Shown here: positions 49,581 through 58,698 of the stretch, piece by piece
Numbering within the stretch: the stretch's first letter is position 1
How the letters are laid out: every line of letters starts with the position of its first letter
Origin: an uncultured Chloroflexia bacterium
Lineage (GTDB): Bacteria > Chloroflexota > Limnocylindria > QHBO01
Assembly (NCBI GenBank): GCA_963812115.1
Contig: CAWEUD010000041.1
Coordinates: 95,735-159,734 of the forward strand
Length of the DNA stretch: 64,000 bases
Reading direction: 5' to 3'
Translations under genes and position numbers: made by a program
Notes under the pieces: generated by a model
Told to the model about the DNA's origin: nothing
The model's input: the letters and a program-made list of their open reading frames with translations, nothing else
Database searches by the model: none

Positions 49581-50368
49581 GGATCGGCTACGTCCGGGCC
49601 GTCTTCGGCAAGGAGTGGCGTGACCTGCTCAGCAACCGCCTGCTGCTGGGAGCGGTGGCGCTGCCCGCCATCATCTTCGCCGCCATTCCCACCGGGCTGG
49701 TGGCGGTCATCCAGGCCAACGACCTGGACGCCACCCAGCTGGGCCAGATCCGGCAGTACCTCGACGACTTCCCGAACATCCCGGCCAAGCTCGCGGCCCA
49801 GGGCTTCATCGTGACCAACTTCATGGCCTACTTCCTGTTGATCCCTGCCATGGTCCCGATGGCCATCGCCACCCAGTCGGTGATCGGCGAGAAGGTGGCG
49901 CGCTCGCTCGAGCCGCAGCTGGCGACGCCCATGGAGGTGAGCGAGCTGCTGATGGGAAAGACGCTGGCTGCCGCGCTCCCCGCCCTGGTGGCGACCTGGA
50001 CCGTCTACGCCGCCTACGGCCTGGTGAACGGCGCCGTCGCCGATCCGCGTCTGACGCGCTTCGTCTTCAGCGACGTGTGGATCACCGCCATGCTGACCCT
50101 GGTGCCGCTCATCTGCCTCTTCAGCGTGCTGCTCGGGATCGTCGTCAGCAGCCGCGTCAACGACCCGCGGACGGCGCAGCAGATCGGCGGCTTCGTGGTC
50201 ATCCCCATCATCGCCCTCGCCGTCGCCCAGTTCTTCGGGGGCCAGGCGACCTTCAGCCTGCAGCAGGTCTTCATCGGCGACCTGATCGTGGCGGGGCTGG
50301 TTGGCGCCACGCTGGCCATCGGCTCGTGGGCATTCGACCGGGAGTCGATCCTGAGCCGGCTGGCGTGA
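49577..50368 (+). CDS. ABC-2 type permease
   Basis: KEWRD, GEK..RSLEP.LATP, 6 TM. Confidence 0.88.
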   Translation: MRIGYVRAVFGKEWRDLLSNRLLLGAVALPAIIFAAIPTGLVAVIQANDLDATQLGQIRQYLDDFPNIPAKLAAQGFIVTNFMAYFLLIPAMVPMAIATQSVIGEKVARSLEPQLATPMEVSELLMGKTLAAALPALVATWTVYAAYGLVNGAVADPRLTRFVFSDVWITAMLTLVPLICLFSVLLGIVVSSRVNDPRTAQQIGGFVVIPIIALAVAQFFGGQATFSLQQVFIGDLIVAGLVGATLAIGSWAFDRESILSRLA

Positions 50369-51615
50369 CCGAGGCCGATGCGCACGGCCGCATGGACCTC
50401 CGCGATCGCGTCCGGGGACTCTACGAGCTGAACCGCCAGCGGGGCCAGGCCGAGTGGTGCGGCGTGGAGTACGACTTCGTCTGCCCGTCGCACGGGCTCT
50501 ACCCCTTCCAGTGGTTCTGGGACTCGTGCTTCCACGCCATCGTGCTGAGCCACCTGGATCTCGAGCGGGCGGAATCCGAGATCACCACGCTCCTAGCCAA
50601 CCAGCAGCCGGACGGCTTCATCGCCCACGTCACGTTCTGGCAGCGGGAGCTGGACGACGTGGCGTCCTACCAGGTCGCCTGGCGTTCGCCGTGGCTCTCG
50701 GACAGCATGCAGCCGCCGGTCCTGGCGGAGGCGGTCGAGGCGGTGGCAGGACGCGGTCGGGGTTCCGCCTTCCTGCGCGAGGTGCTGCCGGCGGTGCGCC
50801 GCTACTACGACTGGTGCGATCGGGTGCGGGATCCCGACCGCGATGGCCTGGTCGCCGTCCTGGAGCCGCACGAGACGGGGATGGACCAGACGCCGAGCTT
50901 CGATGCCTACCTGGGCGTGACCGAGCTCACGCCGGCGGGGTTCGAGGCGGCATGGCGTCGGGCGGTTCCGTCCGGCGCGACGGAGTCGCGCGACCGCTTC
51001 GTGGTCGAGGACGTGGCGGTGAATGCGCTCTACGCGGAGAACCAGCGCGTCCTTGCCTCGCTGCATGCCCAGCTGGGCGAGGAGACCGCGGCGGCCGAGA
51101 TGCGGGAGCGCGCCGACCGGACCGCGCGGGCCCTCTTCACCCGCTGCTGGTCGCACGCCGATGCCGACTTCCACGGCCTGGCCGGACGCGACGAGGCGCA
51201 GCTCCCTGGATCGACCGTGGGCGGACTGCTGCCGGTGCTCCTGGCCGACGCACCCGACGAGGTCGTCGCGCGGATCGCGCAGCGCCTCGACGATCCGGAC
51301 GACTTCGGCGGCGCGTTCCCGGTCCCATCGGTGAGCAGGGCGCATCCCGCCTACAGCCCGGCACCGGCCTTCGGCAAGCTCCTGTGGCGCGGCCCGACCT
51401 GGATCAACACCAACTGGTACCTCGCGCGCGCGATGCGGCGCCACCAGCGGGTGGCGGTGGCGGAGCGAATCGAGCAGGCAAGCCTCGAGCTGGTCCGCCG
51501 CACCGGGTTCCGCGAGCACTACAACCCGGACACGGGCGAAGGCTACGGGGCCGAGGACTTCAGCTGGTCGGCCCTGGTGCTCGACATGCTGGAGGCGGGC
51601 GACGGCCGCGCCTGA
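50365..51615 (+). CDS. GH63/trehalase-like glycoside hydrolase (mannosyl/glucosylglycerate hydrolase-like)
   Basis: YPFQWFWDSCF, QPPV, ETGMD, WRGPTW, GFREHYNP, FSWS. Confidence 0.87.
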   Translation: MTEADAHGRMDLRDRVRGLYELNRQRGQAEWCGVEYDFVCPSHGLYPFQWFWDSCFHAIVLSHLDLERAESEITTLLANQQPDGFIAHVTFWQRELDDVASYQVAWRSPWLSDSMQPPVLAEAVEAVAGRGRGSAFLREVLPAVRRYYDWCDRVRDPDRDGLVAVLEPHETGMDQTPSFDAYLGVTELTPAGFEAAWRRAVPSGATESRDRFVVEDVAVNALYAENQRVLASLHAQLGEETAAAEMRERADRTARALFTRCWSHADADFHGLAGRDEAQLPGSTVGGLLPVLLADAPDEVVARIAQRLDDPDDFGGAFPVPSVSRAHPAYSPAPAFGKLLWRGPTWINTNWYLARAMRRHQRVAVAERIEQASLELVRRTGFREHYNPDTGEGYGAEDFSWSALVLDMLEAGDGRA

Positions 51616-51633
51616 CCGAGGACCGTCGGACGT

Positions 51634-51891
51634 TCAACCGGTTCGGCCACCTCCGTAGCCGGCGTCGAGCGGGTTGCGCTCGTCCTCGCGGACCTCGCCT
51701 TCCACCTCCGCGGCAGAATCGCCGGTCTTCTCCTCGGTCACCTCGCGTTCGTAGGGGGTGGGGCCGGTCTCCCCGGCCGTCTCTTCGGTCATGCCGACGA
51801 AGCCGCCGCGGTCAGTTCGATCACGCTCTTCCTCGATCTCGCTGACGCGTTCCTCGTGCTCGGTCTGCCGCGTGGGATCCTGCTGGCTCAT
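51634..51891 (-). CDS. Small acidic hydrophilic hypothetical protein (85 aa)
   Basis: GGAGGTG RBS before MSQQDPTRQ; Glu/Gly/Thr-rich. Confidence 0.65.
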   Translation of the reverse strand: MSQQDPTRQTEHEERVSEIEEERDRTDRGGFVGMTEETAGETGPTPYEREVTEEKTGDSAAEVEGEVREDERNPLDAGYGGGRTG

Positions 51892-51962
51892 GAAAACACC
51901 TCCCGGGTGCGTGGGATGGACCCAACGCCTGGGAGGTGCAGGTTTGCTGCCACTCGGGCCCC

Positions 51963-52862
51963 TCAGCCCTTGACCGAACCTCCCAGGATGCCGCGCACGA
52001 AGTAGCGCTGCAGGCTGAAGAAGACGACCAGCGGCAACGCCATGCTGATGAACGCAGCCGCGGTGAGCAGGTGGTACCCCTGCCCCAGCGAGTTCACGAG
52101 GTTGGCGATCGTCACCGTCATGGGCGCCACATCCGCGGTGCCGCCGACCAGGATCAGGGCCACCAGCAGGTCGTTCCACACGAACAGGAACTGGAAGATG
52201 ACCAGTGACGCGATGGCCGGTACGGAGAGGGGGAGGACCAGCCGGAAGAAGGCAGTGGTGGGACTGGCCCCATCCAGGTAGGCCGACTCGAACATCTCCC
52301 GCGGTAACCCGCCGAAGAAGTTGCGGAGCAGGAAGATGGCGAACGGCAAGCCGAAGCCGGTGTGCGCCAGCCAGACGGCTGCGAACGAGCCGGTCAGGCC
52401 GAGCTGGGTGGTGAAGCTGAGGACCGGGATCAGCGCCGACTGGAGTGGGATGACCAGCAGGCCGACCACCAGGATGAAGAGCAGGTTGCGACCCGGGAAG
52501 TTCATCCAGGCGAAGGCGTAGGCGGCATAGGCGGCCACCAGGATCGGGATCACCGTGGCCGGAATCGTGATGAACAGGCTGTTGAGGAAGCTGATCCCCA
52601 TGTTGTTCTTGCCGAGGACGTCCTGGTAGTTCTGCAGCGTGAACTCGAAGGGGAGGCTGAACGCGTTCCACCACCCATTCGTGAGCACGTCGTTGGACGG
52701 GCGGAAGGAACTGACCAGGAGGGCCACGGTCGGAAGGAGCCACACGATGCTGATGAGAATCAGGATGGTATGTACCCCGGCCCGGCCGAACCAGCTCGGG
52801 CCACGGCCGGCCAGGTCGCCGCCCCCGGCGCCGGCGCCGGCCTTTGTCTCGAGGGCGGTCAT
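51963..52862 (-). CDS. Carbohydrate ABC permease (AglG-like)
   Basis: EAA loop ESAYLDGAS, FLFVWNDL, LQRYFVRG. Confidence 0.92.
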   Translation of the reverse strand: MTALETKAGAGAGGGDLAGRGPSWFGRAGVHTILILISIVWLLPTVALLVSSFRPSNDVLTNGWWNAFSLPFEFTLQNYQDVLGKNNMGISFLNSLFITIPATVIPILVAAYAAYAFAWMNFPGRNLLFILVVGLLVIPLQSALIPVLSFTTQLGLTGSFAAVWLAHTGFGLPFAIFLLRNFFGGLPREMFESAYLDGASPTTAFFRLVLPLSVPAIASLVIFQFLFVWNDLLVALILVGGTADVAPMTVTIANLVNSLGQGYHLLTAAAFISMALPLVVFFSLQRYFVRGILGGSVKG

Positions 52863-53821
52863 CGCATGGCCTCCTGTACCTGGAATCGCCGGATGTTGAT
52901 GAGCATCACCGGGATGATCGTGAGCAGCAGGATGATGGCGACCGCGGCCGCCGTCCCGGCATCGTGGTTGGTGAAGCGCGCGTGGTAGAAGAGGGTCCCG
53001 ATGACCTCCGTGCCGTACTGCCCGTTGGTCATGACGTACACGATGTCGAACGTCTTCAGCGCGGTGATGACGATGGTGGTCGCCACCACGGAGATCGTCG
53101 GAGCGAGCAGCGGGAGGATGATTCGGAAGAAGACCTGGAACTCGTTGGCGCCGTCCATCCGCGCCGCCTCGAGGAGCTCGGAGGAAATGCCCTTCAGGCC
53201 TGCCGAGAGGATGACCGTCGCGAAGCCGACGTACATCCAGATGCCCACGATGATCAGCATGAAGGTGTTGCGTGGCCAGACGGTCAGCCATGACTGCGGC
53301 TGCAGGCCGACGAGATCAACCGCCGCGTTCACCGTGCCGCGAGCCGGGTTGAAGTCGTACATGAAATTCCAGATGACGCCCGCGGCCACGAAACTGACGG
53401 CCAGCGGCAGGAAGACAAAGGCCTTGACCACCGTCTCGTAGCGAACTCGGTCGGAGATGACGGCGATGAGCAGGGCCATCAGCACCGCGACGCCCGCGAA
53501 GAACACGATCCACAGGACGGTGTTCAGGATGGTCTGCCAGAACGACCCATTCCCCACCAGCTCGGCGTAGTTGTCAAACCCCACGAACTGGCTGGAGTTG
53601 GCGTTTTGCAGGCTCAAGAAGAAGGTCGAGACGGTGGGGTAGATCAGGTACGCGATAAGGAACGCGAAGGCTGGCGCCAGCCACAGCCACGGCCGGTAGG
53701 TGGGCCTGCGGCGTTCCGGCAGCAAGGTCAACAGGCGCTCGGTCAACAGGGCGTAGCCTGCGGTGACCGCGGGCACGCCGATGACCACCACGATGGCCAT
53801 GCCCAACGTCCCGAAATTCAC
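52859..53821 (-). CDS. Carbohydrate ABC permease (AglF-like)
   Basis: FVGFDNY, ELLEAARMDGANE, FDIVYVMT.G. Confidence 0.92.
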   Translation of the reverse strand: MNFGTLGMAIVVVIGVPAVTAGYALLTERLLTLLPERRRPTYRPWLWLAPAFAFLIAYLIYPTVSTFFLSLQNANSSQFVGFDNYAELVGNGSFWQTILNTVLWIVFFAGVAVLMALLIAVISDRVRYETVVKAFVFLPLAVSFVAAGVIWNFMYDFNPARGTVNAAVDLVGLQPQSWLTVWPRNTFMLIIVGIWMYVGFATVILSAGLKGISSELLEAARMDGANEFQVFFRIILPLLAPTISVVATTIVITALKTFDIVYVMTNGQYGTEVIGTLFYHARFTNHDAGTAAAVAIILLLTIIPVMLINIRRFQVQEAMR

Positions 53822-53868
53822 TGGTCCTCCTCCTGCTGTTCCCCGGGCGCCTCAGTGGTTGAGAAGTG

Positions 53869-53900
53869 GGACGCAGGCCGGCCGGAGCCGGCCTGCGTCC
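53869..53900 (-). terminator. Intercistronic hairpin after sugar SBP gene
   Basis: GGACGCAGGCCGGC-CGGA-GCCGGCCTGCGTCC. Confidence 0.7.
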
Positions 53901-53916
53901 GTCAGGTCACGCGGCC

Positions 53917-55266
53917 CTATGAGCCGGCATTCGCGGCCCACTTGCCGAAGGCCTCGAATGCGTTCTTGATCTCGTCCGAGGTCCAGTCCTGCTGGCCCTG
54001 CCACCAGGCGTCGTAGACGTCGGGACCAGACTGGCGAAGGACGAAGTCCTCGATCCAGTCCGTCCCTGGCCAACCCTCGGAGCCAGCGCCGCTGTTGAGG
54101 CCGATGCCCCACGGTGACGTGCCGTCATCGTGGATCTTCTCGACCAGCGCGTTGAGGCCGTCCCAATCGCTCGGCACCTCGTAGCCGGCGTCACTGAACG
54201 CCTTCGGGTTGTACCAGATGAAGCCCTTGGCGGACGCCTTGATGAAGATGCCCACCAGGTGCCCGTCCACGCTGCCGTCGGCGATCCAGCCCTCGTTGTA
54301 CTGGCTCAGCGTCTCCTGGTCGAGCACGTTCTCGAGGGAGTAGAGATCGCCGCTTTGGGCGAAGGTCACCATCGCGCCGGGGCCGGGCAGGCCGGCCACG
54401 TCCGGCGGGTTGCCGCCCTCGATGCGGGTCGTCAGCGTGGCGTTGATGTCACGCGTGGACTCGTACTGGACCTCGACGCCGGTGCGGTCGACCCACGGCT
54501 GGATCATCTGCATGAAGGCGTCCTGCTCCGCATCGGCCCAGACCGCCAGGATGTTGACCGATCCACCCAGGTTGGCGTCATCCGCCGGAGGCGCGCTGGC
54601 CATCGGCGGATTTGCCGTGGCGGCCTCGCCGTACGCCGTCTGGCGCACCGATTCGGCCTCCTCCAGGATGCTGTCAAGGTTCCCCGGGTCCTGGACGTAG
54701 TCGAGGATCGCCTTGCGGAAGGCGGCCTCCATCTCGGCCGGCATCTTGTCCGAAGCATCGAAGCGAACGGTATCCGCGTCGATCATCGTCTGGGCCAAAC
54801 GTCGGGAGGTGTCATCCGGGTATACGTCCAGGGGGACCGCCGAGTTGGCGGTCAGCGCGCCGCCGATGCCGGGCCAGATGGCCTGGGCCTCGGCACTGAC
54901 GAGATAGCGCATGAGCGATGCGGCCTGCGGCGTGTCGGTGAACATGCCGAACAGGTCGCCAGCGGTCTCGACCGCGGAGAAGTTAATGGCCGGCATGGGG
55001 AAGAAGTCGTACGTCTCGCCCGCCACCGCCACATCGGGGAAGTTGTCCTCGAAGAAGCCGGTGATGAAGCTGGCCTGGTGGTGCAGGAAGCAGCCAGGCG
55101 GATCGGCAAAGAGGCAGTCGCCACCATTGCCGAAGTTGGTGTTCAGTGCATTGTCCGGCCCACCGGCAACGTAGGACGTGCCCCCGTTGTCACTGCTGCT
55201 GGAGCAGGCCGCCAGGATGAGGGCGGCCACGGCCAGCGTGGCCAGGAATCGCAGGCTTCGGGTCAT
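53917..55266 (-). CDS. Alpha-glucoside-type (AglE-like) ABC substrate-binding lipoprotein, apparently circularly permuted
   Basis: Lipobox LAAC; family motifs GNPPD, WYNP, GWPGTDW.ED, QASFI, RFDASD.MP all present but halves in swapped order; GGAGGAG RBS. Confidence 0.88.
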   Translation of the reverse strand: MTRSLRFLATLAVAALILAACSSSSDNGGTSYVAGGPDNALNTNFGNGGDCLFADPPGCFLHHQASFITGFFEDNFPDVAVAGETYDFFPMPAINFSAVETAGDLFGMFTDTPQAASLMRYLVSAEAQAIWPGIGGALTANSAVPLDVYPDDTSRRLAQTMIDADTVRFDASDKMPAEMEAAFRKAILDYVQDPGNLDSILEEAESVRQTAYGEAATANPPMASAPPADDANLGGSVNILAVWADAEQDAFMQMIQPWVDRTGVEVQYESTRDINATLTTRIEGGNPPDVAGLPGPGAMVTFAQSGDLYSLENVLDQETLSQYNEGWIADGSVDGHLVGIFIKASAKGFIWYNPKAFSDAGYEVPSDWDGLNALVEKIHDDGTSPWGIGLNSGAGSEGWPGTDWIEDFVLRQSGPDVYDAWWQGQQDWTSDEIKNAFEAFGKWAANAGS

Positions 55267-55411
55267 CGATGCTCCTCCAAGACAAGTCTGGCGACCGTCA
55301 CGCGGAACCCGCGCGTCATGTCGCTTCCCTGCATTCGCGGCCGTACTCGGGCGCCCGCGTGCCGGCTCTGTTTCGTTTTCCAACCTCCGTGTCTGTCGAG
55401 GTGCCAGTTGG

Positions 55412-56500
55412 CTAGGCAACCAGCGACTTCTCCGTCTCCGGGTCGAAGACGTGCAGCTTCTCGAGCGGAACTCCCAGCTCGATCTGGTCGCCCGCCCGGA
55501 CCTTTCGCTCGGACGGGATGAGGGCCACGATCTCGTTGCCCTCTGCCTGGGCGTGGATCAGCTCGTCGTTGCCCAGGTACTCCACCACGTCCACGCGCGC
55601 CGGGATGCGTACCGTTTCGCGCTGCCCGTCGACAACGTCGAGATGCTCCGGCCGGAAACCGATGAGCAGGTCGCTGCCCTTGGGCCGCTCGCGTGCCGCT
55701 TTTGCGGCTGCACCGGAGAGCGCCAGCTTGGCGCTCCCGAGCATGAGGTCATCACCCTCTGTGCGGGTGGTGGCGAAGTTCATTGCCGGCGAGCCGATGA
55801 AGCCCGCCACGAAGACGTTGTCTGGATGGTCGTACAGCTCCTGCGGGGTGCCGACCTGCTGCAGGATGCCGTCGCGCATGACCGCGATCCGATCGCCCAT
55901 GGTCATCGCCTCGACCTGGTCGTGGGTGACGTAGACGGTCGTCGTCCCCAGGCGCTGGTGGAGCCGCGCGATCTCGGCGCGCGTCTGCACGCGCAGCTTG
56001 GCATCCAGGTTCGAGAGCGGCTCGTCCATGAGGAACACGGCTGGCTCTCGTACGATGGCGCGTCCCAGGGCCACGCGCTGCCTCTGGCCGCCGGAGAGGG
56101 CCTTCGGCTTGCGGTCGAGGAAGCGATCGAGCCCGAGGATGCCTGCGCCCTCCTTGACCCGCCGATCGATCTCGTCCTTTGGCGTCTTGCGCAGCTTCAG
56201 GCCGAACGCGAGGTTGTCGTACACCGACATGTGCGGATACAGCGCGTAGCTCTGGAAGACCATGGCGATGTCGCGATCCTTGGGAGCCACGTCGTTCACG
56301 ACCCGGTCGCCGATGAGGAGCTTGCCATCGCTGATCGTCTCGAGCCCGGCCACGCAGCGCAGCGCGGTCGTCTTGCCGCAGCCGGAGGGCCCGACCAGGA
56401 CGAGGAACTCCCCGTCCGCGACCTCCAGGTTGAGGTCGTTCACGGCGACCACGTCGGCGCTGTAGCGCTTGAACACGTGGTCAAAGGTCACGGTTGCCAT
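55412..56500 (-). CDS. Sugar ABC ATP-binding protein (MalK/MsmX family)
   Basis: GPSGCGKTT, VFQSYALYPHM, LSGGQRQR, DEPLSNLDAKLR, TOBE domain. Confidence 0.95.
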   Translation of the reverse strand: MATVTFDHVFKRYSADVVAVNDLNLEVADGEFLVLVGPSGCGKTTALRCVAGLETISDGKLLIGDRVVNDVAPKDRDIAMVFQSYALYPHMSVYDNLAFGLKLRKTPKDEIDRRVKEGAGILGLDRFLDRKPKALSGGQRQRVALGRAIVREPAVFLMDEPLSNLDAKLRVQTRAEIARLHQRLGTTTVYVTHDQVEAMTMGDRIAVMRDGILQQVGTPQELYDHPDNVFVAGFIGSPAMNFATTRTEGDDLMLGSAKLALSGAAAKAARERPKGSDLLIGFRPEHLDVVDGQRETVRIPARVDVVEYLGNDELIHAQAEGNEIVALIPSERKVRAGDQIELGVPLEKLHVFDPETEKSLVA

Positions 56501-56618
56501 GCAGCATCGTCCTCCAGGAGGGGTGCTTCCCGGCTCGGATGGGCGGAGCACCGCGAGGCTGTCATCATAGACCACGTCGCAAGTCGGTAACCCTCAACGT
56601 CAACAAAAGGTGGAGCGC

Positions 56619-57224
56619 ATGCCACCCCATCGGCCGATCCTGGATCGAATCCCGGGGATGGCGCGTCGGGAACCGCTGCCGTCGCTCTACGATCGGCATC
56701 CGAGGGCCGGCACGGCCCAGCGACGCCCTCGCGGGCTGGTGATCGTGCCGATCGATGAGATCGTGGGGACGATCCGCCATCCATCCCAGAACACCGATGA
56801 CTTCCTGCCGCTGCCCTACCTCCGTGGCAAGAACTGGAGCCAGCGCTGGCGGCGGATCCAGCAGGGCGTGCAGGACCTCGCGGTCATGCCGGCCATCGAC
56901 CTCGTCAAGGTCGGCGACGAGTACTACGTGGCCGACGGCCACAACCGGGTTGCCGCCGCTCGTGCCGTTGGCGCGGTCGCGATCGACGCCGACGTGACGG
57001 AGCTGGTCATGGCGGGGGAGCGGTCCGGGCCGGAGGATCGGCAGACGCACGAGGGCGTTGCCTCGGCGCTCGTCGGCTCCGACGAGGTGCGCCAGGCGGC
57101 GGCGGGACGCCAGTCGCGGACCGCCGAGCATCGCTCGAACGTGGACGAGCTGCGGCGCGAGGACCTGACCATCGGGGGCGAGTTCGCCGATGCCGAGACC
57201 GGGCAGGCGAGCGATGAGCGGTGA
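56619..57224 (+). CDS. ParB/Srx-like N-terminal domain protein
   Basis: IVG...DF.PL...RW..I...PAIDL.KVGDEYYVADGHNRV; no HTH evident. Confidence 0.78.
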   Translation: MPPHRPILDRIPGMARREPLPSLYDRHPRAGTAQRRPRGLVIVPIDEIVGTIRHPSQNTDDFLPLPYLRGKNWSQRWRRIQQGVQDLAVMPAIDLVKVGDEYYVADGHNRVAAARAVGAVAIDADVTELVMAGERSGPEDRQTHEGVASALVGSDEVRQAAAGRQSRTAEHRSNVDELRREDLTIGGEFADAETGQASDER

Positions 57225-57925
57225 CCGACTTCCTGACCCTGCCCTGGCCAGACGCCGATGCCTTCCGGGGTCGAGGCGGCCGGCCGATCCGCCTGCTGGC
57301 GGTCTCTGACGAGGCCGACCAGAGCCTGGTCTCGGAAGCGACGCGCGAGGTCCTGGCGCCGGTCGACGTCGTCATCGGCTGTGGCGACCTTGAGCCCTCG
57401 AACCTGGGCTTCCTGGCCGATGCCTTCGCCGCGCCGCTCCTCTACGTGCGGGGCAACCACGACGTCGGGCGCGGGTGGCAGGCGGAGCGGCACCTGCTGC
57501 CGGACCCGCTGCAGGACGGGCGCGTGCACCGGGAAGATGGCCTGCGGTTCCTTCCTTTCTCCGGGTCGCCCAACTACGCGCCGCACGGGCGCCCCGGCGT
57601 CGAGCAGCAGGTGTCCGGAGCCGGGATGTTGTGGCGGGTGGCGTGGGCCTGGCCGAGGGCGGCGTTCCAGCGCCCGTTGGTGGTGATGACGCATGCGGCT
57701 CCCCGGGGCCTCAACGACGCACCGGATTCCGCGCACCGCGGCTTCACCTCGTTCCGCTGGCTGATGGACCGGTTGCGGCCGCCGCTCTGGCTGCACGGCC
57801 ACACCGCCCTGGTGCGCCGCGGGATCGACGGCAGGACGGTGCGGCACCAGGACACGCTGCTCGTGAACGTGACGGGCGCGATGCTGATCGAGCTCACCCC
57901 ACCGGCGCCGCCTGCTACCGTCTGA
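57221..57925 (+). CDS. Icc-like metallophosphoesterase
   Basis: VSD, CGDL, GNHD, THAAP, HGH; GTGA overlap with upstream gene. Confidence 0.88.
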   Translation: MTDFLTLPWPDADAFRGRGGRPIRLLAVSDEADQSLVSEATREVLAPVDVVIGCGDLEPSNLGFLADAFAAPLLYVRGNHDVGRGWQAERHLLPDPLQDGRVHREDGLRFLPFSGSPNYAPHGRPGVEQQVSGAGMLWRVAWAWPRAAFQRPLVVMTHAAPRGLNDAPDSAHRGFTSFRWLMDRLRPPLWLHGHTALVRRGIDGRTVRHQDTLLVNVTGAMLIELTPPAPPATV

Positions 57926-57929
57926 GCCG

Positions 57930-58409
57930 ATGCCCGTTCCGGTCGTGCGCTACGTCCTGGTGGCCCTTGCCGGCCTCGCCGTGCTGCTGCTCGTCATGCT
58001 CCTGGTCCGCCCGTTCATCTTCACCTTCTCGAGCGCGCGCGATGACGCCAACTACCCACTGGTGTCGGCGTCCGAGATCGACAACGGCCCGCAGCGCATC
58101 GAGATCGTGCTCAACGATTCCCACGACCTGCCGGGGGAGCAGGTGGAGGACGACCGGGTGGGCCTGACGGTGGTGGTGGCCGCGGTTCCCGGGCGAGAGG
58201 GGTACTCGGTCGTCGACGCCTGGAGCCCGGCCAACGACTGCCCGCTGTCGCTCGCGGCGGATCGGCTGGTCGATTGCGCGGGCGTGACCTGGACCTACCA
58301 GGGCTTCCCGATCGACGCATCGGTCCCGCCCTTGCAGGTATTTCCTACCGAGGTGCGGCAGGGGGCCATCGTGGTGGACTTCACGGCGCCAACCACGCCA
58401 ACCAGCTGA
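57930..58409 (+). CDS. Membrane-anchored Rieske-like hypothetical protein
   Basis: N-terminal TM; SPANDCP..LVDCAGVTW..G...PPL..FP pattern. Confidence 0.6.
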   Translation: MPVPVVRYVLVALAGLAVLLLVMLLVRPFIFTFSSARDDANYPLVSASEIDNGPQRIEIVLNDSHDLPGEQVEDDRVGLTVVVAAVPGREGYSVVDAWSPANDCPLSLAADRLVDCAGVTWTYQGFPIDASVPPLQVFPTEVRQGAIVVDFTAPTTPTS

Positions 58410-58427
58410 AGGAGGAGACAGACCGAC

Positions 58428-58697
58428 ATGCCCGAGGGACTCAATTGGCTGACCTGGATCATCATCGGCCTGCTGGCGGGAGCCATCGCCGGCTGGTTCG
58501 TGCCGGGTCGCGAGCGCTTCGGCTGCCTGGGCACGACGCTGATCGGCGTCCTCGGGGGGCTGCTGGGGGGCTGGCTCTGGGTGAACGTGCTCGACCAGGA
58601 CCCGGCGACCGGCTTCCTGGGCGCGCTCCTGATCGCGGTGCTGGGATCGGCCCTGGTGCTGATCGTCATCCGTGCGGTCAGCGGGAACCGGGACTGA
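58428..58697 (+). CDS. GlsB/YeaQ/YmgE family stress membrane protein
   Basis: WIIIGLLAGAIA..VPG...GVLGGLLGG; AGGAGGAG RBS. Confidence 0.9.
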   Translation: MPEGLNWLTWIIIGLLAGAIAGWFVPGRERFGCLGTTLIGVLGGLLGGWLWVNVLDQDPATGFLGALLIAVLGSALVLIVIRAVSGNRD

Positions 58698-58698
58698 C

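Noticed and set aside
56619-57224. Plasmid or chromosome partition locus
   Set aside because: No parA, no HTH and no parS-like repeats nearby.
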